The position numbers and the translations under genes were made by a program. 64,000 nucleotides of DNA from Amphiscolops sp. MND2022 (lineage: Eukaryota). Positions 51,717 to 64,000 of this stretch are shown piece after piece (within the stretch, counting starts at the first letter, position 1; each line of letters begins with the position of its first letter). Below the pieces are notes generated by a model that worked only from the letters and a program-made list of their open reading frames with translations, was not told the DNA's origin and ran no database searches. Location: NCBI GenBank assembly GCA_964187785.1, contig OZ076409.1, positions 80,416,001 through 80,480,000 on the forward strand. The letters run 5' to 3'.

Positions 51717-52677
51717 TATTTCTTCCATTTGAAAAAATATGCTAAACCTTGGCACTGTTTAATTTCATGAGAAGAACCATTCAGAATGGTACTCGTTTTC
51801 GACAACGTTTCGATTATGACTGGTTGATACGCTTGCCTTGGATGCTTTTCGTTCTGTTTGTCTCTCTTCCAGCTTTGGTATGGAAAGTTTCCTGAACCCT
51901 TGAATCAATATCAATTATGGACTTCCGATTGGGTGCAGGTAGTCCTTAATCCCATCGCATGTTTTGGAAGATTCTAAATCGTCCTGGATTTAATATGTAT
52001 TTTTTCTGCATTAGGTTCATAGTATCGGATAAAACTCTCGTCAAGTATGTTAGTAAGGACTCGATTATGATTTTTCTCCACAACTGTTAGTTGTCTGCTC
52101 GTTGGTTCTACCGTCTCGCTCGAGATTTGATTTCTTTTCTTTTTATTGCGTCAGCTGTTTCAAAGTATTTGGTGTTTTTCGGTTCTCCATAGAATTCTGA
52201 AAACGAAAGAACTCATCTGAAGGAAGCGAAAACATCAAATAATGTGAAACTGCTGACGCAATAAAAAGAAAAGAAATCAAATCTCGAGCGAGACGGTAGA
52301 ACCAACGAGCAGACAACTAACAATGGTTGAAAAAAATCATAATCGAGTCCTTACTAACATCCTTGCCGAGAATTTTATTCGATACTATGAACCTAATGCA
52401 GAAAAAAATACATATTAAATCCAGACGATTTAGGATCTTCCAAAACATGCGATGGGATTAAGGACTACCTGCACCCAATCGGAAGTCCATAATTGATATT
52501 GATTCAAGGGTTCAGGAAACTTTCCATACCAAAGCTGGAAGAGAGACAAACAGAACGAAACAGAACGCGCGGTCATAATAGAAGCGTTGTCGAAAACGAG
52601 TACCACTTTGAACGGTTCTTTTCATGAAATTAAACAGTGCCAAGGTTTAGCTTATTTTTTTGTAAATGAAAGAATAT
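51717..52677. repeat. Long inverted repeat (~460-bp arms, ~45-nt spacer)
   Basis: ~51717-52181 is the reverse complement of ~52227-52677, with long identical runs such as CCAGCTTTGGTATGGAAAGTTTCCTGAACCCTTGAATC. Confidence 0.95.
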
Positions 52678-54363
52678 TGCGAGTCAACCTAACTCAGTGT
52701 CCAATTTAACTGCTTAAAATGGTAAATCTGAGCTTTACCAAAGCTACTACTAAAAAACTCTACAAATCACGTACTAATTTCTGCAAATCTCTAAAACCTT
52801 CTATAAATTCTTACACTGCCATTTTTAAAATCTTCACTTTTTAGAGAGAAACAGCGATTTGAAAGAATCTTATCTCAAAGAGGTCCTATGAACCGAATTA
52901 AGAAGCATATTTCCAAAATTCGTTAGTTCCGCTCCAACTCTCATGACACTAACCTTCAGTCGTGTTCACAAATTTTTATGACTTCTTCCACGATACTGTT
53001 GCTCAAGTTAATGTCAGCACTTTTGATTAGCCAAGGGGACCCAAGACAATTTTGGCACATTCAGGCAAATCGATTGGTGTATTCAACTTTCAATTTTCCT
53101 TTTATTTCGCAGTTGCTCCGATGGGATGTCATAAATTTGACGAACGAAATGAGGCGTGCACGATTTAGTTTGGTTTGCTTTTCTTTCAAGTCAGCATTGT
53201 CAGGTTTTGAACGAGTTCTTCACTCCTACTAACGTATTTGGAGGTGAGAAGCAGAACAAAAACCAGCAACGATGAGTATTCAGACCCTTGTGGCCTTGAG
53301 AACAAGTCACGTAAAATCACAGCTTCATGTTGATTACTGTTTTATATTTTGGTCGCAAACACAATACCATAGATTGCAATGAGATAGTAACAGAAAAGGT
53401 GCCAACTTAGAGAAGCAAAACTGCTAGTTCGTTGTCTACGAGTCTGGATTATGTTAAAATTTCCTCTCAACCGAATAATTGTTAAAAATAACGGGTTAAT
53501 CAGTTAACCGATAGAATATCTCAAGTGCTGAAAAAAATTGATTGAGATTGAAACAATGAATTTCACAATTGCAACTGAATTGATTTCCTATAAAAACAAA
53601 ATACACTCTGTGGCTTTTCATTTCAAGTTTATAATCACAGTTCGGTGTATTCGTTAGCAAACAGTGATGAGTTTTGTTAGTTAGTAATAAGCAGAGTTTG
53701 AAAAACTTGCATAGAAATGTGAGAAACTCATTTCATTTTCCAACCGTCAAGCAGGTCCACTGTAAACATGGGGGTGGATGCTCAAACTTAACGACTTTCC
53801 ACAGCTTTTCCTGTTAGCGTATCAAAATTTTTAGACTGGTTAACAATTTAAAAGCTGGTTAATTAATAAACTGGCAATTAATTGATTCAGACTCTATTGA
53901 ATTAGCAGAAAACTAGCTTTCTTTCGTGTTCTTTTTTTCATGGACCTTTTGTTGCTCAAATTAGGTGTGCCCTTCGTTTTTCACGACGCTTTGTTTCATA
54001 GAAAATGGGAGATATTGTTGTGGCAGTGAACCAATTGTTGTTTTATCACAAAATGCTGCCATTGTTACTTTCTAGATTAGTTTTGTCCAAAATTTAGGCC
54101 TTTAGGTTTACACCATTGTCCGTATTCAGGATTCGAGACACTCATTTTCCACTGGTTTTGACTTGTTATTCGATGATGTAGCGACTGAGAAAAAATATTT
54201 CAGTAGGAACTGCTGGCATTTATCTATGACGCTGCGAGGAGGTTAATTAAAGGAAAAAATGCAACGAAAAGGTTTGTGAAAAGCGGATGATACTTTTGTC
54301 TCATATGATTTGCTAGCCATTAAGATCTTTGGTTTCGCCATTTTCAAAAACCGCCATAATCTA

Positions 54364-54605
54364 CCCAGCGTTTGATATCTTGAATATCTCAGGAATATCT
54401 TGCCAAGATCTCAGGAAAATCTTGAATTCTTGAAGATCTTGGATTTCATCTTGGATATCTTGACAAGATCTTGGATTTCATCTTGGATATCTTGATAAGA
54501 TTTTGGATTCTTTCTGGGAATTCTCCTAAGATCTTGCCAGAATATGCAAGATCTTGGAAGATCTGGAAAGAGCTTGGCAAGATATTCCAGATGTCGAACG
54601 CTGAG
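54364..54605. mobile_element. EnSpm/CACTA-like MITE
   Basis: TA|CCCAGCGTTTGATATCT ... AGATGTCGAACGCTGAG|TA; body is an array of AAGATCTTG variants. Confidence 0.7.
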
Positions 54606-54836
54606 TAGTTTCTGCTTTCCAAGCAGGACTACCAGTACGAAGGCACGAAGACGCTTTTTTCAGATTGTTTTTTGGATCTCGACCATTACTTGTCCGGAAA
54701 AGTAATTAAGTTTAAGGAATTACTTGAACAGTGCAATAGTTTAGAGCAATCAAATTTCAGTGGTAGGTAGAATGATCTGTTCAGCGGTCATGCGATTAAA
54801 TCTTTTCAGTCAATAGATTTTCAGCACATGTAACTC

Positions 54837-55700
54837 TCATCATCATCATCATCATGACTGAGGCACTACTGTCCATTGTCAGTTCGGGGCAACCTCCATG
54901 CATGCACCTTTGCAGCACAATCGCCACTTGTCAAATCTCATGTTTGGTGGTTTCAAAACAGGCTCTAGGTCAGCAGCAACTGTGGATCTCCATATTCTTC
55001 TGACACCTCCTTTTGGTGTTTTCGATGTGGGTGCTTTATCGAATATCAATGAATCCTTGGTCACTCTCTCATCTGGCATTCTGACCACATGTCCGCCCCA
55101 GTTCAGTCGCATACGTCTCAGTAAGGCGTCCAAAAGCAAGTCAAGCTGAGCTTTGCGACGTAGTTACAGGGTAAAGGTTTCAAACCCTATGTAGACAAAT
55201 CGTCATGCACACCTACTATCAAATGAGAACAAGTTAGTTAGGTCCCCTTTTTCAACAGGCCAGTTTCGAGAGCACTGCTTACGCATGTTTTCTACATTTT
55301 ACTTTATGTCTTGGTGGTGATGTTTCTCTTACATAAGAATTCAACTGTGTGGCGTTTCGGATTGCGCTGACTATTCTGTGATGACTTTCTGAGGTAAGAT
55401 CTCCATTGCGTGTGATGCAGCTTCTTTGATAGTCAAACTAGCTATACGCCATTACAGCATAGCAACGTTGGTTCGCAACAGTAAAACATGCACTTAGTCT
55501 TGGACTCATTCAGTTGGAGTCCAACCAATTGTGGAGTGTCAACTACAGGATTGAGCAAGACTTGGGCATCATCTGGGTCGTCCTCTAACAGACAGATGTC
55601 ATCTGCATAGTCCAAAGTAGTAATGCAGGTTTCCAGCCGAATGCCTAGGTTGCTTTTATCTGTGACAACGTTGCTATATAAGTCTCAAAGATAGTTGAGT
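54837..55700 (-). mobile_element. 5'-truncated RTE-clade LINE (RT C-terminus + tail)
   Basis: TLDYADDICLL at ~55590-55620; RLNWGGHVVRMPDER...G.R..W (RTE C-terminal motif); (TGA)n tail at 54837-54857. Confidence 0.85.
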
Positions 55701-57043
55701 AGGTTGTGTAAAATTGAGTGGGATTAATTTTTTGACCGCCTACTGTGGTGGAATTTGGGATCAGGAGAATGTCCCTTCTTTGTCCCATCTTTTAAGGGAA
55801 GAGTGAAAAATAGCTTTGACAAGTTCCATAATTTTACGAAATGTCATTAATTTTTCAACACCTTTCATTCAGACAAGGTGCTGGTGGAAATTTAGAAAGT
55901 ATTCTTATATTTGGCCTAAAGTTTAATACGAGGAGCCGGGAAGTTTGGGTTCAGGTCTTGCGCTACACCAAAATTTTATCGTGGTTGCAAATGTAGAGCG
56001 AAGACCAAAGGGTCCCTACTTCAGGGTTTTTGGCCACCTTGTGACTTTCGAAAACATTTTTCCGAGAATTTGAGTTTTTTAATGTTTCTGTTACGGATGA
56101 GCATTTCACAGTACTGGGAGCTCTCCTTTAATCTTTTCGGACTTTTTAAACATTTTTACCATTTAAAAGCTGTTGTAGCAGTGGTTTTTTCAAGACCAGC
56201 GAACTGAAATGTTTCTGTAAGATTCTATAGTCTCACTACCACTTGGCTTAGAGGTTAACATCAGATTTTCCGAAAACCGGTTCTGAGTTATAATAATACA
56301 TGGGTTTGAGTCTCGCACTTAATCAAAATTTTTAGCTCGCAAGAGTAAAGATGAGACCAAAGGGCCATCCTTTGACTTTTTTGGCACCATGATACTTTCT
56401 AAATTTTCAACGAAACCTCCTTCAAAAAAACTGAACATTCTGGAAAATCTTTAAAACTTTCGTTCTATGAAAATATTTTGTTTCTCATCAAAAAAATAGA
56501 AATGTTCATTTAGAACATCTAAAAGTCATAGAAATGTTCCGATTTTTTTCAGAAGATCCTATTGGAAATTATCAGCCATTTTCCAGTTAGCGAGACTCTA
56601 GTTAGGATAGTCACCATGTTGAAGTTCCATCCTGCGTGATAACGCGTTCTAACTGTTTTGATGGTCCGGTTGTTTTCATCTCAACTCTTTGTCGCCTTAG
56701 AACTTTAAGGAAGTTTTTCCATTAGACCAAATTTTGCTTCTAATAAATTGATTGTTCATTATCTCGCGAATGATTATGTTTAGCGGGCAAAACTCTCGTT
56801 CTTTATTTCAGTTTGCCTGTTACCAGATATTTTCGAGCATAATCACAATCGAAAAGAATGAAAAATGTTTTGTTGTTTCAAATTTTCAAATCAAAAAGGT
56901 GAGCGGGGAAAGTGAAAACGTTTAACTTTTTCTTCAGTCATTCAATCCGCTGTTAAATTTTCTACAACGCTTGGCAGTTTTTACTGTCATTAGCTGGTTG
57001 AAGATCATAGTGATTTCGAATTAGCAAAAAATTCGAATTATAG

Positions 57044-58870
57044 AGCTATTGCATTGCCAGAGCCGTATATGCGGTAAAGGAATCGGCTTAGGTCTTTTTC
57101 CTCCTGAGTCGCTCCAATCCCAATCATACGAATTCATTGAAATTGCACACATAGGACCATATTATGGTGTAGAAACTGACTGTGGAAAATTTCGTTCGAA
57201 TCGTATGAACAGTTTTCGAGAAAATCAAAAAAAAATCGAAAAATGGGTTTTTTGCCCATTTTGGGTTAATTTTGGCTATGTTTCTCACATCCCAGCCATA
57301 CGAATTTAATAAAATTGCCCATAAAGGAACATAATATGGTGTAGAATAACTAGAAAAGTTCGCGCGAATCGTATGGACAGTTTTTGAGGAAATCGAAAGT
57401 CAAAAAATGGCTGTTTTTGGGCTAAGTTTGGCTATGTTTTTCACATCCAAGATGGATGCACGTCCTTACAACGGGGACTAGAGGGGGTAGCTAATATTGG
57501 ATATATTCAAATGTGTTTATTGATGACATAAATATAAAAATATTAGGATTGAAATTTTTTCTTGTTTAATAACAGTTAGCTTTGTAACAAAGTTACAAAA
57601 CACGTTAAGGTTACTGTAAACGACCTGGAGCTCACGCTACTGCAATTCTAGGGCCACTCCAGGTATAAAAAGGCAGGGCAAAAGTACTTGGCTTTTTGCG
57701 AGTACATTGCCATCTCCCACAAGAGGGGAGATGGAATGTATTTAACTTTTTTATGCTATTGAATGGATAAGACGGTATCAAAACTTGAAAAAATAAGTCA
57801 ATTAACCCTAAATAGCTCTACTGCACTGAACAGCGGTAATTGAACAGCTCTGGGGTCGATTGAACGTATTCCGATGAGTTTTCGATGAGACTTAGCTTCC
57901 ATTTTCATTTACAGTTTTACCCCTTATCCAGCTCACACTCAAAAAGTCTTAAGTCAACGTCAGGTTAAGATAGAGAGTCGCTCTATAGCAAAATTTTCTC
58001 GTCCGTCCAAGTACTTTCCACATGCATTCACTTGCAATCCTAGTTGTGTGGAAGTTTCTTAACATTGGGAGGTCTGAAGTTGAAGAAAATTTTTTCCGAG
58101 AACAAATTGAACATTTCAAGTTCTTAAATTTTTCACCAGAAGGTGCTATAACCTTAATATTGCGGCAACCAGGCCAAATGGATCTGTTAGGTTCGAGTTT
58201 GGGCAGAAATCACCCACTGTGGATGTATCTTTGAAAATTCGGGCGAAAATGATAGAAATTTTTTTCCAAAAAATTCGAAAAATTTCATTTATTACTCGCT
58301 GTTTTATTCCGATTGGCACCAAAATCACCCTACACACTCCTCACGAACCGCTGAACAATATTGCGGTTCACGTCCGAATCACTCCGAGCACTTTGAGAAA
58401 AGTTATGACGTCATAATTGAGAAAAAACTGAAAAAATAGCGTTTTTCTTGAAAAAAGAGGGTTTTTCGACATGACCAAAGATTTTTTCCGAAAAACGTCG
58501 GGGAAAAAGTTCTTAGAATATTAGGGTGTGCATGCGTGCAAAGTTTCAGCCCAATCCTACGTACAGTTTTCGAGGCCGTACTCAGAAGTGCGTGTTTTGG
58601 ATATGGTTGTTATTTAGCTCCACCTCGGTCTCGGGATAGGGGCCCTACCCATCCCTCGGGACAATTTTTGGGGATTCCCCCACTCACCCAGTCATACGAT
58701 TTTGATGAATTTGCGCACGCATGGGCCCCTTTGGGTGTAGAATGACTCTGCAAATTTTTATGAAAATCGTATGGAGTTTTTGAGAAATTTGAAATTTTCA
58801 TGAAACGGTCGGGAGAAAAAAAACGACATGATTGGATAAGTAGTCGAAAATTTTTCCGACTCCTAAAAAT
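57044..58870. repeat. Repeat family C segments (57044-57450 and ~58030-58870)
   Basis: Unit CATACGA...AAATTGCACAC...GGTGTAGAA...AATCGTATG...TTTTGAGAAA recurs at ~57125, ~57297 and ~58693. Confidence 0.6.
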
Positions 58871-59084
58871 GAGCAATTTTTGAGTAAGATTTAACATTTT
58901 CTTTAGAATTGTCACGCTAAATGTGTTTCACATCAGCTCAAGACATGATTTGAAGGTATGATTTCATAATATTCGAAAGAATTTGTTTCTCAAACGAGAA
59001 ATGTATTTCATTCAGATTTATTTACACTTTGGTACAATTTCGACATTTATACACTATAACTAGCGCCATTTCAACATTTTTGCC

Positions 59085-59255
59085 TCATACTTTTCCGAGA
59101 ACGAACTCGGTGAAATTCAAGGCATCAGCGCGTTCTCCTGTCGGACGCTTCTGTTCTAGAAATAGCCCCATAGGGTCTCTAGGGGGGTCTGCAATGCTTC
59201 GGTCCCAGGGTATCAATTCTATTCCGAGGAGGTCTCTGATTTCAGCTGCAATTAA
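59085..59255 (-). CDS. SAMD15: SAM domain-containing protein 15-like, exon 3 (stop)
   Basis: TTTCAG acceptor; LIAAEIRDLLGIE..WDRSIADPPRDPMGLFLEQK..TG...D.L.F.EFV matches the SAMD15 C-terminal signature as I recall it. Confidence 0.85.
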   Translation of the reverse strand, partial: LIAAEIRDLLGIELIPWDRSIADPPRDPMGLFLEQKRPTGERADALNFTEFVLGKV

Positions 59256-59519
59256 CTGAAAATGAAAAATCAATTGCTGTTTCTTGAAACGAACTTTCAG
59301 AAAAAATAAGTTATCTACTGCTGCCTACCAGGAATGCAACAAAAACAATTTTGCTGATAATACCTAAGCCGAGGATTCTTGATTTCACAATTCATTTCTG
59401 TATTCGTGAAAAAATTGTATAAAAATGTTATTAACCTTAACTTGGCCACTGTGCCGAATTTGGCACATTTAGTTTCTGCAAATTCTAAACGCACCAGCTG
59501 ATTGCATGGTAAAGAAAAC

Positions 59520-59877
59520 TCTTGAATAGGATTTTCAGACAAAACTGCATAGCATTCGGCGCCTTTTCACGGAATATTGACATGATGTCTCCGAAATCCA
59601 GAAAATGGGACCAAAAAATCAAAAAAAAAATGAGTGCAGATTTTCCGTTTTTCCAGTTTTCGTTTGTGGCCCTTTTATCCCACTGGTATCAACATTGGGT
59701 CAAAGCGGCCCCAGCTTCTTTTGAAACATGCTGAAAAATAATTAGACACGACGCGTGCAAAGTTATGGCGCAAAGTCCGGAGCCAGTGCGGCGAAGCCGC
59801 ACACCAGCGGAGGACATCGCGCAAAAACATTTGCACGCAAGAGGCCCGCGCTGGCTGGCCCCCAGCCCAGCAGTTTA
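59520..59877 (+). mobile_element. Hairpin-terminated insertion in SAMD15-like intron 2
   Basis: GC-rich end CTGGCTG-GCCCC-CAGCCCAG then CAGTTT; TGCAAAGTT motif shared with ~58537; left limit approximate. Confidence 0.4.
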
Positions 59878-60350
59878 AAAATTGATTTTAAAGGCCTGAT
59901 GCTCCTCTTTCGAAAGCGCTATGAATGGTTTGTCGAACTTGAATAGTTTAGGAGATATTGCGGTTTAAAGTTTAAGCAACCGATTTTTGGATAGATCCAA
60001 AATTTTCCTGGTCAACTTAAGGTTAAGTTGCAGAGACGATACTGGAAGTAAGTACTGAAAATGCATTCTCTGTAAAGGGAATATATAATATACACCTTTG
60101 GAAATATATACTCTCATTTGATCATCTAATCTTTCATTACGATACATATCCCCGCAAGCAAGTTCCCAGATCTTGCGACTTGCATTAATAACCAATCACA
60201 GTGAGTTATTATTATAAATACAGTTTTACACTTCTCTCCTATTACACCAAGTCTTGTCCATTTTCCATTCAATAAACATGTTCAACCATTAGTATCTTTT
60301 GCGTGCCACGAAGTCTTCAGGGCATAAAATGATTCAATCAAATCAGTAAC

Positions 60351-60449
60351 CTTCATGTGTTCAAAATCTTTTATCCCAATGTCCGGAAGGTGTGAACAGT
60401 CCATTAGAATCAGTTTTCGTCCGTCAATATGATTTGACAAGAAGCAGTC
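60351..60449 (-). CDS. SAMD15: SAM domain-containing protein 15-like, exon 2
   Basis: CTTCAG|DCFLSNHIDGRKLILMDCSHLPDIGIKDFEHMK|GT; 99 nt, phase 0; core SAM helices. Not in the ORF track. Confidence 0.9.
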
Positions 60450-60658
60450 CTGAAGAAGTCCAATTAAAAAGGTGCCGCAAACAAAACATTAAAACTGAAC
60501 TAATTTCAACATATTGGCCTAACAACAATTGCGAAGACATCTGATCAACAAAAATCCAGCATTTTTTCTGGACATCACTCAAAATTTCTTTCAAGAATAA
60601 AACACAAAGAACAAATCATGTTTGAACGCAGAAGACAAAATGCAAGGGAGAGCAATAC

Positions 60659-60811
60659 CGCGTATTGAGGAAATCCGAGGTCGACAATCCAACTGCGGAC
60701 GTCTTCAGTGGACCAGTTCAAAGCAATCGGCTCCCCTGGCCGACTGGACACTGGTCTGGAAGACGAAGATCCCACCTTGTCACTCAAGTTGGAGGTCTGC
60801 TTATCATTCAT
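60659..60811 (-). CDS. SAMD15: SAM domain-containing protein 15-like, exon 1
   Basis: ATG at 60811 just after a TTTTTCAG acceptor; WSTEDVRSWIVDLGFPQYA|GT. Spliced product is 140 aa. Confidence 0.85.
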
Positions 60812-62169
60812 ACTGAAAAACAAAGGAGACTGTCGATGTATTCGAGATCAACGCGACATACAAGTCTTAGCAACTGAATTTCACTATCAGACAGGAATGG
60901 GGCACGCTTCAAGCAAGACCGAAATGGGTAGAAACATTCTTCTCGGGAACAATTTCCCAGACAAGTTGAAACAATGACAATAACTAAGTTTTTTTAAAGA
61001 AAATTGGTTGGAAACTTTAGGGGCCCCTGGCCGAAGCCAGAAACTTGAAAAGTTCAGTGAAGTGTGCAATACAACTTTTTTAAAACAACAATCTTCAAGC
61101 AAAAGGGATTTCAGCTCATAGATTTCAGTAGGGCATATCAAGGTATAAATTACATTTGCCGAATCAAGAATACTTCCATGCTTTTAATGAGATAAAGTCG
61201 AAAAACGGAAGATACTTTTGAAATGCAAACTTCAATGTCATTTTGTTTCAGACAAAATGAAAAGCGTCTTACTGTATATCACATTCAGATTCCTGACAAA
61301 GCTATCTATCTTTTGTGTCCCAATCTAAAGAAACCTTACCGTTTGAGAAGATAAAAGAGAAAGTTTACCAAAATGTATTTGTGAATTAAAACATTTGGGT
61401 CTTTAAAAGATGAAAAATGTATCGCAGAGAATGCCACAAGAAGGGATTTGATTTCCAGCCTAGATAGAAAAGAGGTAAGGAAGTAATATCTATCAATCAT
61501 CAATCAAAATAGCACCTGGGTCAGCCGATTTACAAATTCCAGAATATGCTTCCATGTCCACTTTGAGTGGTTCGAACCGTTGGACCAACATGCAACAGTA
61601 GTAATTTCATCTTTCATTCGTGCAAACACTTGATAATTTATAAGTAAGCTTCATAACTAATTTAAGAATTTATTCGCTAAAATCGTGATGAAAACATTTA
61701 TAACCCACTTTGTGCATTTATATATATTGAAAAATAAAGTCACCATACAAAGAATGCAGAAATACAAATTGGCTACATTAAACAGTATCTTCACAGAATT
61801 GCCTTTTAACCAAAAAGTCAACTGTTGAAATTCTGTTGAAAGTTTAGGTGCATTATAAGAGCGCAGTGATTCCACAAATATGAAGGGCCAGACTTGTTAT
61901 TGCCCGGCAAGGCAAACGTCACTGACACTCAGCGAACAAGAAATTGAAGGAAACAGTTTCAATGACCAAACCAAAGTAGCTCGAACAACTGGGTTGCAAA
62001 ACAGTTCAGAATTATGAATGAAAGAATTCTTCTAAGGACTCGATGCACATAGATATGAGACAGAAACAAATATAACAAACATTCAATGGGAAATGAAATT
62101 TTCATTTGGAGCGAACATGACTAACTGGGTAAATAGAGCCTCAAGACAATTATAATGGTGTCCAGAATT

Positions 62170-62598
62170 GAAAATAGGCCCCTCCGGGGCTCAGTACTAT
62201 TTCTGCTTTAATCTTAATTTTTTTAAAACAAAAAATCATTAATAAAAGAATCATATCTGGAATACCAATACACTCCTGTTTAATCATTACTTAGAGCACA
62301 ATTAATCACTGTACAAGTTTACACCGCCTTTAATTCTTCTCGGACTAAAGAAAATATAACTAAGCGTAGACGAAGTTTCGCATTCGCATTTGAATGCAGG
62401 CGAAGCTCTCAACGAACGAATAATTAACACTCATTCGCTTCATCTCAATGACGTCAGCATACGAATGGATAATTACCACTCGCTCGTTCTATCGCACTAG
62501 AATTGAATTGTTGTCGGCAGCTTTCCCACGCTTACACTCACTGCCGAACAAAATATCTGAATTATTCAGTAGGACGAAATTTGACGACTGAAAAAAAA
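62170..62598 (-). mobile_element. Family B Helentron-like element
   Basis: AAAATAGGCCCC-TCC-GGGGC + CAGTACTAT at left; TTCAGT...ACTGAAAAAAAAA at right. Confidence 0.7.
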
Positions 62599-62774
62599 AG
62601 GACCAACTTTGAGGTTACAATAACATTCCTGCTAAAGCAGAAATATTAAAAACTATGAAAATTATTCTGCTACTGCTTTCCCAAAGAATGAAATAGAAGA
62701 TTTTGCATAAATTTAGGTATATGACATTTCATAGAAGCATAGCACGAATACAAACTTTTATCAACAAATCTAAA

Positions 62775-63292
62775 TTATGAATACGAATCTCCAAAATGCC
62801 TTGGCTGTAGGTTGGATTTTATGTTATGTTGTCTAGGCACGTTGAGCATCTGTAGCAAACCAGGAGGTCTAGGAATATTGCAAGGAAAAGGCGCCCGCGG
62901 GAAGTCTGCCGGTGTGACGACCGCGAAATTGGCCGGTTGGAAACTTGTGCGTCTCGTCGGAGGCTCAGGAGGCTGCTCTTCGTCACAAGCAGGAGTGCTG
63001 TCGTAGATATTTTCAGTCGCCTGCTCGTCACCTTCCGAGTTCAAAGCATTCGTGTCTCCATTAGAAGTTGGACGATCCGAGGACTTGGTTCGGATTATGG
63101 TTCCGTTGCCATGGTCAGCTGAGATATCGATGTTGGAGTACAATCCCCCACATTCATCTTCACTGGAGGGCGTTGATGACACGTTCACTGGAGTTGTGTC
63201 GTCTCCAGAACGCATTCCTGAAGTCGGGATCCCCGAAGTGGCGTTATGTAATTCTTCATAGTAATCTTCCGCTCCCGAAACTCGTTTTAGAG
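62775..63292 (-). CDS. Terminal exon of a protein with a disordered Tyr/Pro-motif tail
   Basis: Acceptor TTTTTGCATAG at 63293 (phase 1); YYEEL, YSNI, IYDS and PPEPPTRR motifs; stop at 62775. Confidence 0.7.
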
Positions 63293-63897
63293 CTATGCAA
63301 AAATACGTGAATAAAATCCCTTCAGACACAGCCATTGTAACTGACATCAGAAGCAAGCGTCAAAACTGTAGGAACTAAGAAAGAAGTGAAAAAAGTTACC
63401 TAAATTCATTTTCGAGTACACGTGTTTTCGGATACACAAAAGGAATAGCCTAACGGTGCAACTTTTAGGCCATCACATCCATTTCATAAGACATTTTTTT
63501 TTACCGCGGTTGATTTTTGAAATACTTTTTCCAACAATTTCGGAAATTAGATACTGGTGGAAAGCTAGAGTACTTTCCACATGGCCTAGTGGTGAAAGCG
63601 ATTGTCTGTGCAAATTCAACAATAATAATACCAAATGGCTTGTCGTTTTTTTTTGGATTAAGTTTTGACAAGGAGAAAGCAGTGGAAATACTTTTTTGAA
63701 ATTCCTATTCTGTAACTCAATATGCATGAATGTGTTTCAGATCTGTATAATTTAATTGATTATTCCGAAACCTTTTCTCTGCCAAGCAATTGATGTTTGG
63801 AAGTCTTCGATTTTTCCCTAAAGGCGTCTTCTAACAATTTACAAATAATGTTAATGTCGATATAAAATTGAAGTTATTCAGAAAAAAGTAAGGTTAC

Positions 63898-64000
63898 CTC
63901 TGCTAGTGTTGTGTTGACCTGCTCCAGATGCAATGGTGAAGTTCTCCGCTCGTTTGACAATGGCTGGATCGTACTCGTCTTCCGAGAGTATAGGCTCTTG
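63898..64000 (-). CDS. Preceding exon of the same gene (runs off window)
   Basis: QEPILSEDEYDPAIVKRAENFTIASGAGQHNTSR+G|GTAACC; phase 1 joins CT at 63292 to give Ala. Confidence 0.7.

Overview
AT-rich, repeat-dense eukaryotic (animal-like) genomic DNA with spliceosomal GT-AG introns and a 200-N scaffold gap; it is not prokaryotic, and most short ORFs in the track are spurious. Host genes I can support, all on the minus strand: a complete 3-exon SAM-domain gene resembling SAMD15 (59085-60811), the last two exons of a Tyr/Pro-motif protein (62775-64000), and a large Ser/Asn/Gln-rich coding exon (43284-43982) with a phase-compatible candidate next exon at 34706-34804. The rest is mostly transposon-derived. 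It contains about 15 copies or ends of a non-autonomous Helentron/DINE-1-like family with covarying terminal hairpins, and a second Helentron-like family. There are two internally deleted hAT elements with intact TIRs and 8-bp TSDs, plus Merlin-like, EnSpm-like and Tc1-like MITEs. Retroelement remains include an RTE LINE 3' fragment, decayed BEL/Pao and Gypsy pol, and tRNA-like Pol III boxes. There is also a ~960-bp palindrome. The most unusual object is a ~1.9-kb TG..CA solo-LTR-like insertion (35915-37822, 5-bp TSD) containing a ~195-codon reading frame that runs right to its last base. All family assignments come from motif recognition by eye; no searches were run.
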